This document shows, piece after piece, positions 30,702 to 38,936 of a stretch of DNA of 64,000 nucleotides; positions within the stretch are counted from its first letter, which is position 1, and each line of letters begins with the position of its first letter. The notes beneath the pieces were generated by a model, which did no database searches, had not been told where the DNA came from, and saw only the letters and a list, made by a program, of their open reading frames with translations. Source of the DNA: Bacteroidales bacterium UBA5219 (lineage in GTDB: Bacteria; Bacteroidota; Bacteroidia; Bacteroidales; ML635J-15). The DNA lies in the NCBI GenBank assembly GCA_002412425.1, contig DHVB01000054.1, forward strand, positions 9,245 through 73,244, in the 5' to 3' direction. The position numbers and the translations under genes are program-made.

Positions 30702-32534
30702 TTAGTTAATACCAAGTTGTTTTTGATAAGATTTTAAATCTTCAAGTACGTTAGATCTAACGTGAATAAAGTTTTTAATTCCTTTAGCTTCTAAGGCATC
30801 TTTACAAGCTGGGTTACCAGCAACAACTAAAATTTTGCCATTAATTTTTTCAAAAGCTTCGGGAGCTAAAGTTTCATATTCTTCGTCAGAGCTACACAAA
30901 ACAACTATATCAGCATTTCTTTCTTGTGCAGCTTTCATTCCTTCTGCAATATTGTCGAAACCGTTATTGTCAATTACTTCAAATCCTGCACAAGCAAAAA
31001 AGTTGCTCGAAAACTGAGCGCGTGCTTTTCTGAAAGTTAAATTTCCAATTGTTAGCATAAACACAACTGGTCTTTTCTTAGCTTTATCGGTTTTTAATCT
31101 TAATTTTTCAAACTCTACAGCACCGCGATGTAAGGTAATGGTTTTAAACATTGTGTTTTCAATATTAGGCTTTTTAGAAATAGCAACTTCATCTTTAATT
31201 TCGTTAAAGTTTGGAAATTGGTTTGTGCCTAATAAAATTTCACGGCGTTTAGCAACATTCGACATGCGTGTTGTGGCAGTTTCGTTAATATTATCTTGTA
31301 TAAAACCTTGTTTTACAGCTTCTCTATATCCGCCCATTTCATCAACTTTTAGGAATAGTTCCCAAGTTTTGTCGATAATCATGTCGGTTAGATTTTCGAT
31401 ATAATATGAACCTGCAGCTGGGTCAGAAACTTTGCCAAAATGAGCTTCTTCAGTAATTATTAGTTGAACATTTTTTGCAATTCTTAAAGAGAAGTCGTTA
31501 GGTTCTGTATAAGTAAAATCAAAAGGAATAACGCTCAAAGTATCTGTTCCGCCAATAATTGCAGACATTGCTTCGGTTGTAACTCTAAGCATATTTACAT
31601 GTGGGTCGTAAATTGTTTTATTCCATTGTGAAGTTTCGCAATGCATATTGATTTTTGCATTTTTCAAGTCTTTGCAAGCATTTGCTTCAACAATTTTTGC
31701 CCATAAAAAGCGAGCAGCTCTAAGTTTGGCAATTTCCATAAAATAATTTGAGCCAACTGCGAAATTAAATCTAATTTTTGGTGCAATTTCGTCAGCAGAA
31801 ATTCCTTGTTCTTTGAAAATGCTTAAATATTCTGCTCCTTCGCTTAATGCGAAAGCAAGTTCTTGCACAGCATTAGCACCAGCATTATGATAAGCATTGG
31901 CTTCAACACTTAGTAAACTAAATTGTGGTAAAATGTCTTTGTTTTTATTAAACATATTTGTAGCACAATTGCAAGAATCTTTACTGCAATAAGTTTTACC
32001 CATAAGAATCATATAAGCCAATGGGTCGAATTTGTTTGAGCCTTGAATTTTGCTTAAATCATAAGAATTTTCTTTAGCATAATCAGCCAACATTTCAACA
32101 TATTTATCGCCAAGTTCGCAGGCTAAAATGTTAATTTCGGCAGCTTCAGGATTTATTTTATCCATTAATTTGTAAAAATCCTTTTTGCTTAAATCTTCAG
32201 TAATAATAAATCCCAAAGAATTAACTCCAGCATTTAACAAAGCAAGTGCTTGTTTATTTGCTAAATTTACATCTTTAACCCAAATATCTTGTCTAATAAA
32301 TTTTAAACCTTCGTAATCAGTACCTCTTGTGTATGGAAAATTTCCGGGATTTGAATTCAAATAATCCAAGTTTTCCAAATTTTCGCTACGATAATAAGGT
32401 TTTAATGAAAATCCTTCTAAGGTTTTCCAGATTAATCTTTTCTCATAATCTGCACCTTTTAAATCTTTTAAAATAACTTCCTCCCAAGCTTGTGTGGGTA
32501 TTGGAGGAAATTCGTGAAACAATTTTTCGTCCAT
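30702..32534 (-). CDS. mutA: Methylmalonyl-CoA mutase, small subunit
   Basis: FPYTRG, YFMEIAKLRAARFLW, DPAAGSYYIE; lacks DxHxxG; upstream of the large subunit. Confidence 0.93.
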   Translation of the reverse strand: MDEKLFHEFPPIPTQAWEEVILKDLKGADYEKRLIWKTLEGFSLKPYYRSENLENLDYLNSNPGNFPYTRGTDYEGLKFIRQDIWVKDVNLANKQALALLNAGVNSLGFIITEDLSKKDFYKLMDKINPEAAEINILACELGDKYVEMLADYAKENSYDLSKIQGSNKFDPLAYMILMGKTYCSKDSCNCATNMFNKNKDILPQFSLLSVEANAYHNAGANAVQELAFALSEGAEYLSIFKEQGISADEIAPKIRFNFAVGSNYFMEIAKLRAARFLWAKIVEANACKDLKNAKINMHCETSQWNKTIYDPHVNMLRVTTEAMSAIIGGTDTLSVIPFDFTYTEPNDFSLRIAKNVQLIITEEAHFGKVSDPAAGSYYIENLTDMIIDKTWELFLKVDEMGGYREAVKQGFIQDNINETATTRMSNVAKRREILLGTNQFPNFNEIKDEVAISKKPNIENTMFKTITLHRGAVEFEKLRLKTDKAKKRPVVFMLTIGNLTFRKARAQFSSNFFACAGFEVIDNNGFDNIAEGMKAAQERNADIVVLCSSDEEYETLAPEAFEKINGKILVVAGNPACKDALEAKGIKNFIHVRSNVLEDLKSYQKQLGIN

Positions 32535-32633
32535 ATTTAAAACTAATTTGTTTTTAATTTATTTGCAAAATTAATAGGAATAATTGATTTACAAATGATT
32601 TATGTCGTAAAACTTGATTTTAAATTAAAAAAT

Positions 32634-32659
32634 TGAAACTTAATTGTAATAATAACGTA
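32634..32659 (+). promoter_or_regulatory. Putative ECF-sigma promoter TGAAAC-N16-CGTA
   Basis: AAC-N16-CGT architecture about 35 nt upstream of the 32694 ORF; no TAnnTTTG on this strand. Confidence 0.45.
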
Positions 32660-32693
32660 AACTAAGCGTTATTAATATTATAAAATTAAAGCA

Positions 32694-33266
32694 ATGATTA
32701 TGAAAAAAGCATTAGTTTTTATAGCCTTATCAATAATTTTCGTTTCGTGTATTAAATATCCAGAACCTGATATACCGGCAGGTTATGGGATTCCTCCTAC
32801 TTATACCAATTATTGCATTTTAGAAGAAATTTTTGGAAAGGTCAAAGAAGATACTATGATTTATAAGACTTATTATGTAGAAGTTTACTTTTCAGGAAAC
32901 ATTGTGAAAGAAAATACATTGTACAGCACAGTAGATTGTTCGAAAGATCCAAATCCTTATTGTGCTTTGCCTTATGAGCAAAAATATTTTCTGAATAAGA
33001 TAAAAAATATAGAAATTTCGGCAAACAAACCATATAGAAACCAAACACAGGAGATTGCTGATATTAAATATTTTTTCAGAAACAAAGCTAGTATTTATGA
33101 TGAGAAAGCATATTTTGAAGAAGAATTAGGCTATTCCCCAATGCATATTGTTTTCACAGAACCACCAGATTCTTCTCAAAACTTTATTTTTAAAATAAAA
33201 ATAACAGATGATAACAATAATATATTTACTTGTTTAACTGATAGTGTTTACATTGAAAAGAAATAA
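32694..33266 (+). CDS. Hypothetical lipoprotein
   Basis: MKK-hydrophobic-VSC lipobox; no family recognised with confidence. Confidence 0.75.
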   Translation: MIMKKALVFIALSIIFVSCIKYPEPDIPAGYGIPPTYTNYCILEEIFGKVKEDTMIYKTYYVEVYFSGNIVKENTLYSTVDCSKDPNPYCALPYEQKYFLNKIKNIEISANKPYRNQTQEIADIKYFFRNKASIYDEKAYFEEELGYSPMHIVFTEPPDSSQNFIFKIKITDDNNNIFTCLTDSVYIEKK

Positions 33267-33268
33267 TT

Positions 33269-33847
33269 ATGAAAAAAGTATTAATTATCTTAGCGTTTTT
33301 ACTAATGAATATTGTAGCGTTTTCGCAAACTGCAAATAGTAAATTAAGTTTAGAATTGAGTGTTGGTAAATTGTTTTCGCCATATAGGTTTTATAAAAAT
33401 CATACTGGTTATGAAAATATTAATTTAGGTTTAGCAATAGACATGACAGACAAAATGGGAATTTCTGTATCACAATCATATTCTCGAGCATATAGTCAAA
33501 TTTCTAATAATAGAATTCTTGTAATGCTAACAAGCATAAATCCTTACATTACTTTTTTCCCAGAAAATAAAATTAATTTAAGAATTTCGGCAGGTACTGG
33601 ATTATTGTATTTTTACACAAAGAGTTTATATGAATCATGTCCGCTAAGTGATCATGTTTTTGGAATACCAATACATGGAAATATTGCTGTTTTTTACAAT
33701 ATAAACGACAATGTCGCAATAAATTTGAATTTTGATTCGCATTATAGTTTTTTATTTAATAAGACATATAAGCTAATAATAAACGATAAGTATTATTTTA
33801 AAACCTGTTTTAATTCAGTAAATCTTGGACTGAGGTATAGATTTTAG
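33269..33847 (+). CDS. Small outer-membrane beta-barrel protein
   Basis: Signal FS|Q, alternating amphipathic strands, C-terminal LGLRYRF beta-signal. Confidence 0.75.
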   Translation: MKKVLIILAFLLMNIVAFSQTANSKLSLELSVGKLFSPYRFYKNHTGYENINLGLAIDMTDKMGISVSQSYSRAYSQISNNRILVMLTSINPYITFFPENKINLRISAGTGLLYFYTKSLYESCPLSDHVFGIPIHGNIAVFYNINDNVAINLNFDSHYSFLFNKTYKLIINDKYYFKTCFNSVNLGLRYRF

Positions 33848-33911
33848 ATTTTCCACATATTTTTTGCTTTAATTGCTTTTTTTATTTTAAATTTGTATAA
33901 AATTAATAAAT

Positions 33912-34862
33912 ATGGATCATAAGCATTGTTATAAGAAAATTATGGGGAAAATAAAACTGCTTTTAATCTCTGTTTGCTTTACAATAAGCCCTCAACTTGT
34001 AAATTCTTAATTTTTTGTTGAACTAAATACAGGTTATGCAGCGCCTTTGTATTATACTGGAAAAGACACAGTTTATAATCAAGACTACATCCATAAATAT
34101 AGATATGCTGATACTATATTTACAGAATGTGGAAAATATAATATGGGAAATGGATTTAGTTTGGGTTCTTCAATGGGATATCTAACAAAAATTGGGTTAA
34201 AGTTTGATTTAGATATTTTTTACTTAAATAATAAAGATATTAATTTTTTATACAATAACTATAGACATGAATGGAATATGGCTTACGGATGGAATTTTGG
34301 GGATAGTATTCCAAAATATTATAATAAATATGAACAATATATTGCATACTATTCCAGCAGATTTTCTTTAATCCCCAAAATTGGTTATGTACATGATTTT
34401 AAAGATTTTTCTCTTGAATATTATATTGGTTCTTGTTTTTCTGATATAACTGTTTATGTATATTATAATGGGTATGATGAATCAGTAACTAATACTACAG
34501 GCGTGGTACACGGTACTTTCGGAGAGCAAATTTACCATTACTATCAATTAGAAGAAAGTGTGTCAAAATTTAAGTATAACAAAAAATTAATAACTCCATA
34601 TTTTCAACTAAAGTGTAATTATAAATTTAATCCAAATCTTAGTTTAAATATGGCTGCTAGTGTTTCTCCATTTATGTCTTTTAATAAGGACAAAGGTCTA
34701 TATTATTATTACGGAAGAAAAAGCGTTTACGATGATAGAGAATTTTTGCAAGAACAAGAATTAGAAATGATTGATATTGTGCCACAAGGAATAAAACCAA
34801 ATAGATATAACTTAAATGTTATAAACTTTTCTCTTGGCATACGTTACTATTTCCAAAAATAA
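33912..34862 (+). pseudogene. Outer-membrane beta-barrel gene interrupted by an in-frame TAA at 34008-34010
   Basis: ATG 33912/33942 gives MGKIKLLLISVCFTISPQLVNS*FFVELNTGYAAPLYY in frame with the 34047 ORF; ends FSLGIRYYFQK; own TAAATTTG box at 33888-33895. Confidence 0.7.
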
Positions 34863-34932
34863 AATTCAAAAACAATTAAAAATTTAGTATTTTTGTACAA
34901 CTTTTTTATAAGTGTAGTTAATTTTATAGATT

Positions 34933-35694
34933 ATGAAAAAAATATTTATCTTTTTAATTTTAATTTCCACATTTGGTTATCTTGTGGCTCAACAAAAAAT
35001 CGACAAAGCCTTTCCTTATCTTACTTGGGTTGATCCGCAAAGTGGAGAAAAATCTTCACAAGGCGAACTTTTTGGCTATGATGTATTGGTATTTACTCCT
35101 GTGCATCAGAGAATAGAAAATTTACCAAAGTCAGACCCCTGTTATAAGTCAGAAAACAATTTAGATTTTTATTTGGTTGGAAGATATAAAAATGAAAGCA
35201 TGACCGATGCAGTAAATATTCTGTATTCGCCAGGTCCAAGTTGGGATCCAAATTTTGTAATTACCGATAAAAACAATAAAGTTATTTGGAATTTTATATG
35301 CGAAAATATGTGCATAAATCTCACAGGTGTAATATATACATCTGGAAATGTTGACAAAATGTTTGATGAGCGTTGCAAATTCCAGTTGCAAAATAATAGA
35401 GTAGTGGAGGCAAAACAGCCTTATCTTTATGTAGGCATTAAAGATAAATTATTAAAACCTGTAAAACTTTATAGCGACAAAACTGGTGGCGAAGTAATTG
35501 CAACATTGCCAGTTGGTTATGAAGTAGAAGTTCTTTTAAGTGAAAATTATGATAAATTTGCAGAGAATATAGATTATCCAATAAACTATTTAGTGCGTAC
35601 ATCATTTGGTTTAGTAGGCTGGCTTAGACTTACAAGCGAAGATACTTATCATTTAGACCCAGTTATTAGAGGTTTAGGATATTTAGGTGATTAA
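34933..35694 (+). CDS. Secreted hypothetical protein with a probable C-terminal SH3-like domain
   Basis: Signal VA|Q; VKLYSD...IATLPVGYEVEVL...YLVRT..GLVGWL; TATTTTTG box at 34888. Confidence 0.7.
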   Translation: MKKIFIFLILISTFGYLVAQQKIDKAFPYLTWVDPQSGEKSSQGELFGYDVLVFTPVHQRIENLPKSDPCYKSENNLDFYLVGRYKNESMTDAVNILYSPGPSWDPNFVITDKNNKVIWNFICENMCINLTGVIYTSGNVDKMFDERCKFQLQNNRVVEAKQPYLYVGIKDKLLKPVKLYSDKTGGEVIATLPVGYEVEVLLSENYDKFAENIDYPINYLVRTSFGLVGWLRLTSEDTYHLDPVIRGLGYLGD

Positions 35695-35707
35695 TAAATT
35701 TAAAAAG

Positions 35708-36289
35708 ATGAAAAAATATATTTTGTACTTAGTCTTAATTTTAGCTTGTGTAAATGTAAATGCACAAAGCTTTAAATTGCCAGAAAAAATGATTAATTCT
35801 GAAGATAGTTTAGAACCTCTAACAGAAGAGGAAATTAGCGAAATCCAGGGTAAAGTAGATGAGTTTTATCATAAAATGCAAAAGCAATATTCTGATTATG
35901 ATGAAATGGCAAAGCAATATTATGTAGAATTTAGAACAGATACTTTTGCTATTGAAATTATAGAAAACCTAAGAAGCTCAAAGCGAATTCCTGAGTTGGA
36001 ATATAGCATTATTGTTTCTGATGTAAACGCAGCTTATGATGTTTTGTTAAATAAATATTATAAACTTTTACGAGCGAATTTGAATGAGGAAAAACAAGAA
36101 ATGTTAAAACAATCTCAGCTAAATTGGCTTAAATTCAAGACATCAGAATTAAAGTTATGTGGTGAAGTATTCTTAGAAGATGGAAGTATAGGCGAAATAA
36201 AAGCTAGATATTATGATACTGAACTAATAAAATCTCGTACAATACGATTGTTTGAGTATTTAGTGGAAATAAGTGCGTATGTAGATTGA
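35708..36289 (+). CDS. LprI (DUF1311) lysozyme-inhibitor-like secreted protein
   Basis: Signal NA|Q from ATG 35708; LNKYYKLL...LKQSQLNWLKF...R...L pattern. Confidence 0.75.
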   Translation: MKKYILYLVLILACVNVNAQSFKLPEKMINSEDSLEPLTEEEISEIQGKVDEFYHKMQKQYSDYDEMAKQYYVEFRTDTFAIEIIENLRSSKRIPELEYSIIVSDVNAAYDVLLNKYYKLLRANLNEEKQEMLKQSQLNWLKFKTSELKLCGEVFLEDGSIGEIKARYYDTELIKSRTIRLFEYLVEISAYVD

Positions 36290-36433
36290 TAATGGCTTTT
36301 TTGTTTCAAAAATTATTTTCAAAAAATCCAAGTATCTATAAAAAATCTTTAGAAACTTATTGGAAAATCTAAAATTCTTTCAACTTTTAACACTTCAACT
36401 ACGTTCAGTGCATCGCTTTTAACTTTTAACTGA

Positions 36434-37735
36434 TTAATATTCATCATTTCCATTTTCAAAATTCTTTTGTCCCACATGATAAGACAAGGATTCTTTAAGT
36501 TTATAAAAGTCTTTATTTGGATTTACGGTTCTAATTTTTGTTAATAAAGTTTCAGGGTCAATTAGTTCACTGAATGGAATAGGTTTTATGTCGAAATTAT
36601 CTTCAACGCTAACCATATTTCCGAATTTGTTTTCTTCAAATAATTTGTAAGCACCGTAGCCCAACATACTGCCTAAAGTCGTGTCAAAAGCCGAGCTTCT
36701 TACGCAACGAGTTTCGTAACCAATTTGGCGAGGAATGATTTTTTTATTTTTTCCTGTTCTTTTGAAGTATTCTTTTTTTGCGGCATCTGCAATTAGTTTG
36801 CAAACTTCTGTTAATCCGTAATAAATATTTCCGTGTTTGTCTTTTTCTTTTGCAACTTTATCATCGGGTAGTTTGTCAACCAAACCTTCGGCAACGCAAA
36901 TTACTCCATAGTTTCTTTTTTCTTTTTCTCTAGCAATAATTTGGTCAACAATTTTCTTTGCAAGCTCATTTATATCAATATATTTTTGGTCGAGAAAATC
37001 TTCTACAGCCAGCATCATAGTCGCTTGTGCTGAAACTCCAGCGGCATAAGTTATCCAGCCAGTTTTTCTGCCCATTAGCTCTATTATGAAATAAGAATCA
37101 GTACTTCTAGCATCTTCTCTAAAGTTGATAAGTGCATCTTTAGCAGTTTCTACAGCCGACCAATAACCAAAAGTCCAAGGTATTCCAAAATAGTCGTTGT
37201 CAATTGTTTTTGGCACATGAATAGTTGGAAAACCCATTAAATGCAAAAAGTTTGCAAGTTTTAAGGTGTCGTCTCCACCAATTGTAATAGCAACTTTAAC
37301 ATTTAGTGATTCAAAGGCGTTTATAATATTATTTAATTTGCTGTTTTTCTTTGGGTCCTCAATATCTTCAACTTTTTTAATGTCTTTACCTGGATTTGCT
37401 CTACTAGTTTTTAAAACAACTCCAGCATTTCCTCTAATTCCAGCAACTTCTCTAGTAAAAACTATATAATGTTCGCCTTCTTCTAAGGTTTTTAATTCAT
37501 CAGTACCAAAGTTTTCGATATTTTCAAAACCTTTTAAAATTCCATAGAGTGGAATTCCTGCATTTATGAAATTTAACGCCAAAGATGAAATTACAGAATT
37601 TGCTCCAGAAGCAGGACCACCAGAGAAAATTACAGCTACAGAATCACCAGCATTATATTTGTATTTTCCTGCATTTTTATAAGAAATTTCAATATATTTT
37701 TGTCTTGCAGTTTTTGTATCAGTTTGTTTTGCCAT
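36434..37735 (-). CDS. pfp: Phosphofructokinase, predicted PPi-dependent
   Basis: SGGPASG, GGDDT (Asp) and PKTIDND (Lys) PPi signatures, ELMGR, GYETR. Confidence 0.85.
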   Translation of the reverse strand: MAKQTDTKTARQKYIEISYKNAGKYKYNAGDSVAVIFSGGPASGANSVISSLALNFINAGIPLYGILKGFENIENFGTDELKTLEEGEHYIVFTREVAGIRGNAGVVLKTSRANPGKDIKKVEDIEDPKKNSKLNNIINAFESLNVKVAITIGGDDTLKLANFLHLMGFPTIHVPKTIDNDYFGIPWTFGYWSAVETAKDALINFREDARSTDSYFIIELMGRKTGWITYAAGVSAQATMMLAVEDFLDQKYIDINELAKKIVDQIIAREKEKRNYGVICVAEGLVDKLPDDKVAKEKDKHGNIYYGLTEVCKLIADAAKKEYFKRTGKNKKIIPRQIGYETRCVRSSAFDTTLGSMLGYGAYKLFEENKFGNMVSVEDNFDIKPIPFSELIDPETLLTKIRTVNPNKDFYKLKESLSYHVGQKNFENGNDEY

Positions 37736-37952
37736 GTTTTTTTAATATTATTTGTTTATTTATAAAGGTGTAAATTAACACAATTTTTAAAGATTACAAA
37801 ACTAATAAAATTTATTAAGCTACTGATTTAATTAGGTTTATTTTTATTAACATGTTTGATATTTTTATTTAAAACTTATCTAATAATTTTATTAACTATC
37901 TACGTAAAATTGAAAAATTTACATTATTTTAGCACGAAATTAGATTAAAAAT

Positions 37953-38933
37953 ATGGCAGTACTTAAAAAAATAGCAGTTTTAACTTCTGGTGGTGATGCT
38001 CCCGGAATGAATGCCGCAATCAGAGCGGTTGTAAGACGTGCGATTAAAGAAGATATAAAAGTTGTAGGCGTTATGCGTGGTTATGATGGTTTGGTAAAAG
38101 GTGATTTTGTACCTCTACTTTCAAAAAGCGTTTCTGGCATAATTCAACTTGGTGGAACTATTTTAAAAACTGCTCGTAGTAAGGAGTTTATGACTCCAGA
38201 GGGAAGGCAAATAGCTTATAATAATTTAGTAGAAAATGAAATTGATGCTCTTGTGGTAATTGGAGGTGATGGTACTTTTAAAGGAGCAAGAATTTTTACC
38301 GAAGAATTTAATTTTCCTACAGTTGGAATCCCCGGAACTATTGATAACGACTTGTTTGGTACGGATATGACTATAGGTTATGATACAGCGTTAAATACTG
38401 TAGTTGAGGCAGTTGATAAAATTAGAGATACAGCAGCTTCTCATGAAAGAGTTTTTTTGATTGAAGTAATGGGACGAGACGCAGGATTTATCGCTCTTAG
38501 AGCAGGAATTGCATGTGGAGCAGAAGATGTGTTAATCCCAGAAACACCATCAGACTTAGAAGGTTTACATGAAAAACTTACTAGATATATAGATACTAAA
38601 AAAACTTCTAGCGTTATTCTCGTGGCAGAAGGCGATGAAGAAGGAGGTGCTTTCGAAATAAAAGAAAAAATGTCGAAATTTAAAGGCGACTATGAACTTA
38701 GAGTTACAGTTCTAGGACATATTCAAAGAGGAGGCTCGCCTTCAGCTTATGACAGATACTTGGCAAGTCGTTTAGGAATTGGTGCTGTAGAAGCATTGAT
38801 AGATGACCAAAGAAGTATTATGATTGGAATGATTAATAGAGAAGTTGTTCATGTACCTTTTAATAAAACAACAAAACATCATAAAACTATAGACCAAAAA
38901 ATGGTTGATATTGTTGAGATTCTTAATGCTTAA
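37953..38933 (+). CDS. pfkA: ATP-dependent 6-phosphofructokinase
   Basis: TSGGDAPGMNA, GGDGT, PGTIDND, EVMGR, LGHIQRGG. Confidence 0.96.
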   Translation: MAVLKKIAVLTSGGDAPGMNAAIRAVVRRAIKEDIKVVGVMRGYDGLVKGDFVPLLSKSVSGIIQLGGTILKTARSKEFMTPEGRQIAYNNLVENEIDALVVIGGDGTFKGARIFTEEFNFPTVGIPGTIDNDLFGTDMTIGYDTALNTVVEAVDKIRDTAASHERVFLIEVMGRDAGFIALRAGIACGAEDVLIPETPSDLEGLHEKLTRYIDTKKTSSVILVAEGDEEGGAFEIKEKMSKFKGDYELRVTVLGHIQRGGSPSAYDRYLASRLGIGAVEALIDDQRSIMIGMINREVVHVPFNKTTKHHKTIDQKMVDIVEILNA

Positions 38934-38936
38934 ATA

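Noticed and set aside
34008-34010. TAA-to-Gln genetic code reassignment as an explanation of the internal stop
   Set aside because: TAA is the normal stop of most genes in the window, and the tRNA-Gln has an ordinary TTG anticodon
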